Origin: Candidatus Heimdallarchaeota archaeon
GTDB taxonomy: Archaea > Asgardarchaeota > Heimdallarchaeia > Heimdallarchaeales > Heimdallarchaeaceae
Direction of reading: 5' to 3'
NCBI GenBank assembly: GCA_030603365.1
Contig: JAUVXV010000002.1
Coordinates: 256,001 to 320,000 of the forward strand
DNA: 64,000 nucleotides
Shown here: positions 1-9,434 of the stretch, in pieces
Numbering within the stretch: the stretch's first letter is position 1
Layout of the letters: every line of letters begins with the position of its first letter
Made by a program: the position numbers and the translations under genes
The notes under the pieces: model-generated
Database searches by the model: none
What the model saw: only the letters and a program-made list of their open reading frames with translations
Told to the model about the DNA's origin: nothing

Positions 1-2
1 TA

Positions 3-1634
3 TTAACAAATTCAGAAAAAGCATCCTTGTTTTTCGAAAATGTTCTAGATAGAATAACAACTATTCTTACTAACTTACCACAAGACAAACTCCCAATTCA
101 GTGGTATGAACTTGAGTTATTTAGACTACGCTATGCTTCAATGTATGCATTACAATATGGGCAAGCAGGAGAACTTCAGGTAGCTGGTTCAGCTCATGCT
201 CTATCAAATATGTTAATAGGCATTAGTACCCTAGATGTTAAGAATCTTCTTGTTGACTGGGAGCATCATCAATTTCATAGGAGAAGAAAGCTGATACTAA
301 ATTACTTGAGTTCAGCATATCTCTTCTTCTTCAGTTTATGTGATTCTCTGACACAGATTTACAAGCATGATTTAGAGAATTGGTTGTCTGAGGGATTGAA
401 AGCTAGTATTCAATATATCAAATATATGGACATCTTCTGGAATGTTAAGAAGAATATTGAGTTAGCAAAGAAAATACCTAAGGAACGAAATTACTCTATG
501 TATTATGCATCCTTTGCTGCAATTGACTACATTATAACATTTCTACTTGATCTACAAAGGTATCTGTACAATGATTCACTGAATATTACATCAAATAACG
601 AAGTAATTAATATCACTAATCCTGAAGATTTTCTCAATTCTATGGAGAATCTATTGAAGAAAGGTGATGAATATGTTGCTGATTTAAAAGATCATGTCAA
701 TAGAGGATATTTTGATTTAAATGATAATCCTTTAACAGATGAAGATGTTAGCGAAACGATATACGAACTAGAAGTGACAAGAGCATTTATTGTAGGACTT
801 AAAGCTTCTTACAACGTAATAATCAATGACAAAATGTCAGAAATTCATATTTTTGAAAACACTGTTATGCCCAAATTATATGAATACTTAGAAAAGTATA
901 AGCATCTTATGGATGAACCTGATTTCATTAATAGCCAAATAGCAGATGGAATCAATGGAATGTTAGAGGAATTAATCTATTTTGGAGGGATACTAGCCTT
1001 AAAGGTGCAAAACTATACTCATATTGATAAAATTGAGAGAGAATACAAATATTTCTTCTCTGATGAGGGTATGAAGAGATATCCAAAGCTTAATGGGTTA
1101 ATGGCAACTTTCCAGACAACTTTAGCTACTCGAGAGGAGAATTTCACTAAATTAGAAGCATATGCTCACAAACTTATCAGATTATCTGAATATTCAGTAT
1201 ATGCACCTAGAGATGCTTTTTCATTCGCTCTTATTGGTAATCTGATTCTGACCATACATAATGAAATTACTATAGAAAAATTTTCAGAGACTATGAAAGA
1301 AGTACATGAGATGTTCTATTTAGCTTTTACTCAAAAACTAAACTCAGAAATTGAAATCTATTTAACAAATGTCTGTCTAGCACTAAATAATGAAGAAGTT
1401 TCATATGATATGGGAAGATTACTAACTCCTCAATATTTTGATCCTTATTCAATTTTTATTCCTGAATTTGGTAAATTCGCTCAACAAAATAATTTTGGTG
1501 ATGTTGTTTATCTTCCCTTCAACCTTCAAAGTGATTATATCGCAGATGTGGATTATGAGCTCGTTGATCAAGCTTTACCAATTGTAGAGGAACCAGAAGC
1601 ATCCATTGAACAGCATGATACAACTGCTGATTGA
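3..1634 (+). CDS. Hypothetical alpha-helical protein, probably 5'-truncated by the window edge
   Basis: ORF track 27..1634 (535 aa). The same frame is open from position 3 with no upstream stop. No recognisable motif. Confidence 0.7.
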   Translation, partial: LTNSEKASLFFENVLDRITTILTNLPQDKLPIQWYELELFRLRYASMYALQYGQAGELQVAGSAHALSNMLIGISTLDVKNLLVDWEHHQFHRRRKLILNYLSSAYLFFFSLCDSLTQIYKHDLENWLSEGLKASIQYIKYMDIFWNVKKNIELAKKIPKERNYSMYYASFAAIDYIITFLLDLQRYLYNDSLNITSNNEVINITNPEDFLNSMENLLKKGDEYVADLKDHVNRGYFDLNDNPLTDEDVSETIYELEVTRAFIVGLKASYNVIINDKMSEIHIFENTVMPKLYEYLEKYKHLMDEPDFINSQIADGINGMLEELIYFGGILALKVQNYTHIDKIEREYKYFFSDEGMKRYPKLNGLMATFQTTLATREENFTKLEAYAHKLIRLSEYSVYAPRDAFSFALIGNLILTIHNEITIEKFSETMKEVHEMFYLAFTQKLNSEIEIYLTNVCLALNNEEVSYDMGRLLTPQYFDPYSIFIPEFGKFAQQNNFGDVVYLPFNLQSDYIADVDYELVDQALPIVEEPEASIEQHDTTAD

Positions 1635-1722
1635 GGGTTGTTAGCTGTTCGATTTTACATTTAAACTAGAATTTGAGTTTAAAAAAGTGAAAGAAGAAAA
1701 GAAAGCTGCTAAAAAATAAGTT

Positions 1723-2496
1723 TTAAACAATCTTATTTTTTCTTTTTCTTATTTTTGTTATACTTATAGCTAAAATCAATAAGAGCGACATCGTACCAAG
1801 TATAGAAGAATGGGTTGCTCCTTGCGTTGATGGAAATTCATCAACTCGTTCAATACCATAATAATAGTATTCATCTTTTATGGCATCGTTTGTCTGATAC
1901 ACGTTTTGTACTTTGATTAAAACTCCATCTTCGTCATACTGAACTATTGCTGATGCTTCACAATATTGGTCACCATATATTGGGTTAAAATGCTTTATCG
2001 TATCATTGTATTCGTATCCTATAATTTTACCAGATTGCATTCCTTCAAATTCACCTTCAAATATGTAATTTTCTGCATTTCGAACATCTACAGAGAAATT
2101 TCCACCTACAGGTCCGCCATAGTACACATCATAGATGTTGCTAGTATTTATCCACACATCATAGTAGTAATCGAATAAATCAGGTATCACAAAGAGATAC
2201 CCAATAGGTGCGATAAATGAAATGTGAATAGCTGTTAGGTTAATATTCCATATATGAAGATATGAGCTGGTTTCGATTACAGAAATATGATTTTCGTCAT
2301 AGGCTAAAATTTCATATTTCTCTTCATACTCTATGATATTAGATACTTCTTCCTCACCTTGTATCTGCCACCTTCTATCATGAGTAATAATGAATCTATA
2401 CTCATTTCCAACAATTGAATTTCCTTGACTTTCCAAGATTGGAGAAGTAATAATACAGAAAGTAAGAATTAGTAATGCTAATCTTCTCAAGGTCAT
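1723..2496 (-). CDS. Secreted/surface protein with N-terminal signal peptide and C-terminal TM anchor plus basic tail (type A, copy 1)
   Basis: MTLRRLALLILTFCII signal; ends ILGTMSLLLILAISITKIRKRKNKIV. Paralog of 3411..4181. ATGA overlap with the upstream gene at 2493-2496. Confidence 0.8.
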   Translation of the reverse strand: MTLRRLALLILTFCIITSPILESQGNSIVGNEYRFIITHDRRWQIQGEEEVSNIIEYEEKYEILAYDENHISVIETSSYLHIWNINLTAIHISFIAPIGYLFVIPDLFDYYYDVWINTSNIYDVYYGGPVGGNFSVDVRNAENYIFEGEFEGMQSGKIIGYEYNDTIKHFNPIYGDQYCEASAIVQYDEDGVLIKVQNVYQTNDAIKDEYYYYGIERVDEFPSTQGATHSSILGTMSLLLILAISITKIRKRKNKIV

Positions 2497-3215
2497 TTCT
2501 TAAACCTCCTTCTTCTTATAAATTCTCTAGTTATTGGTATAATCAGAAGAGATAATAAGATTGAATAGTAGCTATATGATACAGTTATATTCCCTACATT
2601 GGTAAGCTTCTCTTCTAGTAAGTAATGATCTTCAGCAATAGCTCCTTTGAAGCTTGATTCTTCCTTGAAGTAATCTCGTACACCATTTTCATTGTAACTG
2701 ATTTCAAAGGAATATGAGTATTCTCCTGAATCTTCTAATCCGAAACCATAGTAAGTTGTAGAGTTATAACCATATGTGTAGGAGTAGCTTGCATTATACT
2801 CAGCAGTATAGAAGCGTCTATTAGAAGCTGTACACTCAATTACTTCCTCTGACACCCATCTATCAGGCCAGACACTGTATAAGAAATCTAAATCTGAGAT
2901 ATTTACAAAATAACCTGGGTAATTAAGATTAAAGGGATTGTAATTATCCTCACCATAAATGGTCAGTGTATATCCTGATTTCCCATATTGACTCCAATAA
3001 AGATATACTAAATCATCAACAATATCTACAACTTCTAGATATTTGTTGAGGTTGTCAGTCCTTTTAATGGTCTCTCCATTATAAGTAAAAGTAGATCTAG
3101 CTGTGGTAGTGTAATAGTACCTATCACCTATAGTTATGTTAGTTTGAGCTAAACAGGAGCTTAAAGAGAATGTTACTAATATAATTAGAAAAGCAAATGT
3201 TATTTGTTTTTTCAA
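2493..3215 (-). CDS. Secreted/surface protein with C-terminal TM anchor (type B, copy 1)
   Basis: Signal peptide, GGAGG SD before the TTG start, ends ILLSLLIIPITREFIRRRRFKK. Shares ENYNPFxLNxPGYF and WPDR with 4178..4942. Confidence 0.8.
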   Translation of the reverse strand: MKKQITFAFLIILVTFSLSSCLAQTNITIGDRYYYTTTARSTFTYNGETIKRTDNLNKYLEVVDIVDDLVYLYWSQYGKSGYTLTIYGEDNYNPFNLNYPGYFVNISDLDFLYSVWPDRWVSEEVIECTASNRRFYTAEYNASYSYTYGYNSTTYYGFGLEDSGEYSYSFEISYNENGVRDYFKEESSFKGAIAEDHYLLEEKLTNVGNITVSYSYYSILLSLLIIPITREFIRRRRFKK

Positions 3216-3410
3216 ATATATAAACCTCCTATCAAATCTAAATTTACCATTTTCAGCTATTTAAAGATATCTTGTAGTTTCATTGTTTGAATTCTTAGCA
3301 AGAATTGTATCAGTTCAAACATAATAATAAAGAAAGGAAAAAGAGAGAAGGAATATTATTTATTCTTTTAAATACTTTAGATAGTCAATAAAAAAAGGAA
3401 GAAATGAAGG

Positions 3411-4181
3411 TTATTTTCTTTTAGTTTTTCTTATATAATTATTCACAACTGCTAAGGAAATTATCATTACAGAAAGAACCAAGAGTGATGAAAAACTAAT
3501 CTGGTTGAAACTTTGAACCCTCTTTTTTGAACGGAAGTAATAACCTTCATAGATACTCCCAACCATATTCAGTTCAATTTCAAGATTCTCAAGAACTCCA
3601 TTTGTATCATATTGGATGAATACTGTAGATTCAAATTCAACAGTATCATTAATGCTTTCAAATTCCTGCAAAGTTTCATTATAGGTGTAACGTACAATTT
3701 TATTCGACCATAGTCCTGCAAATTCTCCATTGAAAGTATAGTCTGAATAAGTTCGAATGTCTTTGCTAAAATTACTACCTACATTGCTGGATCCTAGTAC
3801 AGTATACACATTTTCGTCTGTTTCCCATTTATTAGAATAATAATCGAATTGATCATTGAGTAAGAAAAAACTCCCTATTGGTCTAATCCAAGGATCAGGT
3901 TCAAGAGTATATGTAAGATTGATGGAATTGACGGAAAATTCCCTTTGATATATTAAATTAAAATATAATATACCATTTTCATAATCAAGTATCTCGTAAG
4001 TATATTGATATTCTTGATATTCTGACATTTTTTCATATCCTTCTATTTTGTCCCAAGTTTCATAGATTGTGATAAATCTATATTCATCTTCATATGAAGG
4101 GAGTCCTGAAACAAAGTTTGGAATTAGAATTAGACTCAGAGTAATGAGAAATAGAGCTAAAGTTCTTGTCTTTTTTGTCAT
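3411..4181 (-). CDS. Secreted/surface protein with C-terminal TM anchor (type A, copy 2)
   Basis: ORF track 3411..4211, but the likely start is ATG 4181 (MTKKTRTLALFLITL) with an ATGA overlap at 4178-4181. GSNFSKDIRTYSDYTFNGEFAG matches GGNFSVDVRNAENYIFEGEFEG of copy 1. Confidence 0.8.
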   Translation of the reverse strand: MTKKTRTLALFLITLSLILIPNFVSGLPSYEDEYRFITIYETWDKIEGYEKMSEYQEYQYTYEILDYENGILYFNLIYQREFSVNSINLTYTLEPDPWIRPIGSFFLLNDQFDYYSNKWETDENVYTVLGSSNVGSNFSKDIRTYSDYTFNGEFAGLWSNKIVRYTYNETLQEFESINDTVEFESTVFIQYDTNGVLENLEIELNMVGSIYEGYYFRSKKRVQSFNQISFSSLLVLSVMIISLAVVNNYIRKTKRK

Positions 4182-4942
4182 GGTTTCTTCCTCCTCCTCT
4201 GAAAAGTACAAAGTAATATCGTTATTGAGATTATTGTAATCATAGGAACTACGAATGAAAAACTAGCTCCTTCAGATTCAGCTGTGCTAGTTAATTTAAT
4301 TTCATATAAATAATACCTTTCAGCTATGTTTCCTGTGAAATGAGTCTCATATTTCCTATATTTGAGTACACCATATTCAGTGTAAGTAAATTCATCATAC
4401 CTATGATATTCACCTACATCATAGAAATAACCATAGTCTGGTGGAGAAGGATATTGGACGGTCATGTTTCTTCCATAAGGCAGTCTATAACTAGAATTTG
4501 TCATTTCAGCTAAAAAGCTTCCATCTTCTGCAGTAATCTCGACAATAAAATAATCTTCATAGTTTTCATATCTATCTGGCCAAATTTCATAGAAGAAATC
4601 AAATGAATCAGGATCCATAAAGTAGCCTGGAAAGTTTAAACTGAAGGGATTATAGTTTTCTTCACTCCAGATATTTTGCATAAGATATCCAGGTCCAATA
4701 TGAAAATAATAGATACTGACTTTATCATCTTCAAGGGCTAATATTTCATAAAACCAAGTTTGTTCTGCCTTCTTCCTATTAATATCACCTTCATACTCAA
4801 AGGTTTCTTCAATTAATCCTGAATAATATAAAATATCACCTACTTCTAATGTGGCTTGAGCTTGAGAGATATTAGTAGAAAGAAAAATTCCCATTATTAT
4901 TAAATAACATACTATTTTTTTATTGATTGAGTTCACCTCCAA
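4178..4942 (-). CDS. Secreted/surface protein with C-terminal TM anchor (type B, copy 2)
   Basis: Signal peptide, ends FVVPMITIISITILLCTFQRRRKKP. The start may be ATC 4927 after the SD GGAGGTGA (4940-4933). Confidence 0.8.
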   Translation of the reverse strand: MEVNSINKKIVCYLIIMGIFLSTNISQAQATLEVGDILYYSGLIEETFEYEGDINRKKAEQTWFYEILALEDDKVSIYYFHIGPGYLMQNIWSEENYNPFSLNFPGYFMDPDSFDFFYEIWPDRYENYEDYFIVEITAEDGSFLAEMTNSSYRLPYGRNMTVQYPSPPDYGYFYDVGEYHRYDEFTYTEYGVLKYRKYETHFTGNIAERYYLYEIKLTSTAESEGASFSFVVPMITIISITILLCTFQRRRKKP

Positions 4943-5048
4943 TCAAATTATAGGTTAACTTAACTAATTATTTAAACATATCCCAGATAGGCTAAATCCA
5001 TAAAAGAGAAAAATAAAGAATAAAAATTAAAAATCAGGAAAAAGGAAA

Positions 5049-6497
5049 TTACTTTTTCTTTTTAAGAGCAAAATAGATTATTACTGCTAAGATTATCTGG
5101 AAACCACCTAGAATACCAACAAGAATTATTATCTCTCCAATATCTAGATTTTGAAAAATTCCAGATTGTAAATCCTCGATGCTACCAAAGAACTTCCTAT
5201 AAAAAACATCATAATCGGTGCCAGAACCTAAATAGTCCATTGCGTCTTGCCAAATAATATGGATAAATCCATTGATGTCTGTTGCTACTTCTGGATAGTA
5301 ACTATTATCATCATTATCAGTTGATACTACAAGCTCTTGAGACCAAGTTTGAGTTTCGCTATCCTTTATTCTTAACATTATATCTGCATCGCTATTGGAA
5401 CCACCATAAGGTGTTGAGTCGTGCCACACAACAACTATATCTCCATAAACATCAACAGTTACATCAGGTCGTGAGCTAGAACTAACGCACTCATCAGAGA
5501 CGAATTCAAAATTGTACCAAGCATCCAATTCTGGATTAAATTCATAATAGAAGATATCAGCATCTGAGCCAGAATCTATCATTGGGGAATCATCATACCA
5601 TACTGAATGGACTAAACCATCTTTTCCACAAGCTAATTTTACTCCTGAGCTGTAACCATCAGATAACCAAGAAACAACAGTAGTGTAAGACCAATCCCCT
5701 GAAAGATCTCTAGATTTAAAGAAAATATCTCGATCAAGACCACTCAATTCAAAATTGGAATCATCTTGCCATGCAATAAATACTTCTCCTTTCGAATTTA
5801 CACAAATACTAGGAACTCCTGAAAGGTCATCACTCTCTGTTGAAACAACTTCTGCTATACCCCAAGAGGAGGAGGAAGCATGGTACTTTTTGTAGAAGAC
5901 ATCTGTATCTATGCCTGAGCTAAGATAATCTGTTGAGTCGTACCAGGCAACATGAATGTTTCCAGATTCTCCAATTGCAGCAACCGGGATATAGGAACCT
6001 AACGTGCTTTCAGTTGATATTATTTCGACAGCAGACCAACTAGAACCACCAGAGGTTTTTACTGAATGACAGATGTCATGGTCTCCACCAGATGTACCAT
6101 AATAGTCAGTATCATCCATCCAGAAAACATGAACGTTATCTTCATTGTCAATTAAAAGAAAGGGTCGATCAGCTATTCCTGTACTGTCAGGAGACACTTC
6201 TTCCATTGATCCCCATGATTCTGCTTGAATATCATACTTTGAATAATAAATATTATACCCCCCAGTTGATTCCTCCCAGACAACGTGAATGTTGCCTTTT
6301 GAATCTACTGCAACATCAGGATAGTGACAAGGCATATCACTCTCAAATGAAGCAACTTGAGTAGAACCCCAAGACCAGGAAGACCTGTCAACACCGGCTT
6401 TAACTGTAACTTCTGAAAGATAGATACTTAAAAGCAATAACAATATTGCGTAAAAGAATAGTAACTTTTTATTCCTCAAAATAAAACACCAAATCAA
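5049..6497 (-). CDS. Membrane-anchored 7-bladed beta-propeller surface protein
   Basis: Seven repeats of WxxxExVStES..S..P.iavD..G.iHvvW.D.tDY.g.g.D.DifYk, with signal peptide and C-terminal TM plus KKKK. Start probably TTG 6479. Confidence 0.75.
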   Translation of the reverse strand: MIWCFILRNKKLLFFYAILLLLLSIYLSEVTVKAGVDRSSWSWGSTQVASFESDMPCHYPDVAVDSKGNIHVVWEESTGGYNIYYSKYDIQAESWGSMEEVSPDSTGIADRPFLLIDNEDNVHVFWMDDTDYYGTSGGDHDICHSVKTSGGSSWSAVEIISTESTLGSYIPVAAIGESGNIHVAWYDSTDYLSSGIDTDVFYKKYHASSSSWGIAEVVSTESDDLSGVPSICVNSKGEVFIAWQDDSNFELSGLDRDIFFKSRDLSGDWSYTTVVSWLSDGYSSGVKLACGKDGLVHSVWYDDSPMIDSGSDADIFYYEFNPELDAWYNFEFVSDECVSSSSRPDVTVDVYGDIVVVWHDSTPYGGSNSDADIMLRIKDSETQTWSQELVVSTDNDDNSYYPEVATDINGFIHIIWQDAMDYLGSGTDYDVFYRKFFGSIEDLQSGIFQNLDIGEIIILVGILGGFQIILAVIIYFALKKKK

Positions 6498-6576
6498 AAG
6501 TAGACTATTCTATCCTAAAAATCTTCTCTATTTTTCTAAACAATGTAGAAATTGTTAAAAAAGGTTTATTAAGAAA

Positions 6577-7125
6577 TTGGATTATGTACCAAACTGTGAT
6601 GATCTAATGGCGGAGTTCGTTCCTTTGGATCTGGAAATTCATAGAGAGGAGTTGATTGATCTTAATATTGAATATATGGGTTGGATTTTCAATGAAATAG
6701 AAAAACACTTCAAAATTGATGCAAAATCAGAAATAGGACCAGTTGACGAATATATCCGTGGTAAAATTGATGAAATTTATTATTTTAGTCCTCCTAATGG
6801 AATATGCTATCTTATAAAAGTAGATAATCAATACGCAGGGATGGGAGCATTTCGCAAACTCAGAGAGGGAGTTGCGGAGATTAAACGTATGTATGTTAAA
6901 CCCGAATTTAGAGGGAGAGGATTAGGAAAACAACTAATGCATAAACTTCTACAAAAAATCGAAGAATATCAATTTTCAGTGATTTATTTGGATACAGCTC
7001 TTTTTATGGAAGCTGCTCATAGTCTTTATAGGAAAATGGGTTTTACCGATAGAGAAGTATTTCCGGAAACTGAAGTACCTGAAGCTTTCAAACACCTCTG
7101 GAATTATATGGAGAAGAAAGTTTGA
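6577..7125 (+). CDS. GNAT-family N-acetyltransferase
   Basis: AEIKRMYVKPEFRGRGLGKQL acetyl-CoA motif and AHSLYRKMGF. Start probably ATG 6607. Confidence 0.9.
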   Translation: MDYVPNCDDLMAEFVPLDLEIHREELIDLNIEYMGWIFNEIEKHFKIDAKSEIGPVDEYIRGKIDEIYYFSPPNGICYLIKVDNQYAGMGAFRKLREGVAEIKRMYVKPEFRGRGLGKQLMHKLLQKIEEYQFSVIYLDTALFMEAAHSLYRKMGFTDREVFPETEVPEAFKHLWNYMEKKV

Positions 7126-7151
7126 ATTAGTAATTATTTAGATTTATCAAT

Positions 7152-9023
7152 TTAAGTTTCCAATTCAAAAATTTCTTTAGCCCATTTTTCTAGCATTTCT
7201 GACTTTTCATCAGGAAGCATTCTTCCTGTTTTTGAAGAGAAGTCGAAATCTTCTCTGAACGAAGAGGTTTTAATTTGCTTTACAAAGTAGTTTAGCTTTT
7301 TCCTTGCTGTGTAACTAGAACCTTTAAACGCATAACAAACTATAGAACTATCTAGATTTTGAAAAATTAACAAGTAGTTTTGATGTTCAATTCTACGAAT
7401 GGAACCTTTAGTTGAAAAAACTTCTTGAATAATGTTGTTTATAGCAGATAGGAATCCCGAAAGCAGAACCTGATCTACTTTAGCACTTGTCCCAAATTGC
7501 AATGAAAATAGCGGAACTCCACCTTCGTTTAATAAAATCAGCATAACTGGAGTATCGTTTTCTATCTCTTGAAGATCAAATGTTGCACGGGTAATCATAT
7601 TTGCAACTAGTTTATCTATTTTGGATTCTTTGATTCTATCAGCTAAACTAGCTTCTTCCGAAATAAGATTCTTCCAATTATTCAACTCAGTTAGAAGGTT
7701 ATCGTGATCACTTGAGATTTTTCGAGCTAAATTTTCCAAATCCTGACTTTCAGCGATAGATTGAGCAGTTGATAAGAACCCCCTAGCTTTATCAATATCA
7801 GCATTGACCAGTGCTAGTCTTCCCTTTAACCAATAAACTTCTGCTAGTAAAGAATGAGAAAACTGCTGTTCAGCAATCGCAAGCAGTTTATCAGTTAGAC
7901 CTTCTAAATCAACTAGAATATCTGGATTGTTCGAAAATCTTAGCTCATGTAATTGTATCTCACAAAGATTTAGCATTGCATGAATGTTAATTTCCTGATA
8001 AACTAGATTCTTACTGATTATATCTTGAAGGATTTCTTGAGACCTACCTAAACTTGTAAATCTATTTTCTTTTCGGAGTAAAACTACTTCAGCTAGAAGT
8101 GAATAATAGTGGATCATTGTCCCTTCATGGTCCTCAGCTGTATCTATTGACAACTGCAAATGCTCATTTGCTTCAAACAGCTGATCTTTGGCAATCAATA
8201 TATTGATTAGATAATATAGTGATTCTACAACTGTGAATTTGAAATTTATCTCAAGTGCTCTCTTTAGACTTTTAGTGAAATACTCAAATGAATTATCAAA
8301 ATCCCCTTGGCTATAAAAAACAATACCTACATTGTTGTATATGATTGCCATACCATAGATATTACCAATTTCTTGGTGAAGAATTAAGGCAGTATTATAG
8401 AATTGGAGAGCTTTACCAAAATCTCCACTAAGTCTGTGAATCTCTCCAATTGCAACTAAAGCATCTGCCATAACAATGTAATTATTAAATTTCCTACCTA
8501 TGTCTAGACTTTGTTCAAGGACTGCACTAGCTTCAATGAGTTTTCCTTGATATGTCAATATCTTACCTTTACGGAAGAGACTTTGAGCAAATAACATATC
8601 ATCATCAATTTCATCTGTAAGTTCAAGTGTTTGTTCAATGTAGACCTCTGATTTCTTTAAATCTCTAAAACTGTATATAGAACTTTTATTGAGTAAAATA
8701 TTTGCATCCACTCTGTTCTTCAGAGAAGTTGTGAGTTCTTTTTTCTCATTTCTAATCTTGTTTTCAACTCTTTCAATCATTAGAAGGCTTTCTTCAAACT
8801 GTCCTAATTGCCACAGTGATTCTATAACTAAGAGGAACAGGTCATACTTCTGTTCAAGAGAAAGGATTGTTTCGCCAAAGAGATTGATTGTGTGTTGGGC
8901 AAGAGAGATTGCATCTTCAAAGAATCCTAAATGAGTTATCACATACGCTTTTTTGCTCATTAGTTCTGCAAATTGCTTTTCTGAAAGAGTGGGAGTCTCC
9001 TCTGTTTGTTTAATCTCAGCCAA
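7152..9023 (-). CDS. TPR-repeat protein with C-terminal longin-like domain (Asgard-type)
   Basis: TPR units (ALVAIGEIHRLSGDFGKALQFY, IYNNVGIVFYSQGDFDNSFEYF) and a C-terminal LILLNEGGVPLFS...LLSGFLSAIN...SIRRIEHQNY longin-like signature. Confidence 0.8.
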   Translation of the reverse strand: MAEIKQTEETPTLSEKQFAELMSKKAYVITHLGFFEDAISLAQHTINLFGETILSLEQKYDLFLLVIESLWQLGQFEESLLMIERVENKIRNEKKELTTSLKNRVDANILLNKSSIYSFRDLKKSEVYIEQTLELTDEIDDDMLFAQSLFRKGKILTYQGKLIEASAVLEQSLDIGRKFNNYIVMADALVAIGEIHRLSGDFGKALQFYNTALILHQEIGNIYGMAIIYNNVGIVFYSQGDFDNSFEYFTKSLKRALEINFKFTVVESLYYLINILIAKDQLFEANEHLQLSIDTAEDHEGTMIHYYSLLAEVVLLRKENRFTSLGRSQEILQDIISKNLVYQEINIHAMLNLCEIQLHELRFSNNPDILVDLEGLTDKLLAIAEQQFSHSLLAEVYWLKGRLALVNADIDKARGFLSTAQSIAESQDLENLARKISSDHDNLLTELNNWKNLISEEASLADRIKESKIDKLVANMITRATFDLQEIENDTPVMLILLNEGGVPLFSLQFGTSAKVDQVLLSGFLSAINNIIQEVFSTKGSIRRIEHQNYLLIFQNLDSSIVCYAFKGSSYTARKKLNYFVKQIKTSSFREDFDFSSKTGRMLPDEKSEMLEKWAKEIFELET

Positions 9024-9154
9024 TGCTTCTTTATATTTGTAGGAAGCAATTAAAGAATCGATAATTGCTGTACTCTCATCTATTGATGTAAATTATAACA
9101 CTCTCGTTTTGCAGTTAGGTTTTAGTAAAAAAGGTAGGTTAAATATTTTTCATT

Positions 9155-9410
9155 TTAGGCGAACAAAAATAAGACAACCCGATAACAATTCAAACACAAT
9201 ATAAGAAAGAGGAAAAAAGAAGTTGCATTGTCGAAATGTTCATTTGAATAATCCAAATCTTTTACATCTACAAGAACCCAAGTAGCTTCTGGAACTTTAT
9301 ACTTAGCTTGATCTATTTCACTTTGATGCTTATCTATAGCTGTAATGTATTCCCGTTCAATTTGAGCAATGATACCCTCTCCCTCTCCACCAATATCAAT
9401 AAGGAATAAC
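9155..9410 (-). pseudogene. Relic of a class I SAM-dependent methyltransferase
   Basis: The minus strand reads LFLIDIGGEGEGIIAQIEREYITAIDKHQSEIDQAKYKVPEATWVLVDVKDLDYSNEHFDNATSFF (motif I, acidic post-I, FD). No start codon and no C-terminal half. Confidence 0.7.
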
Positions 9411-9434
9411 CATTATTCTTTTAAATCTTAAATT

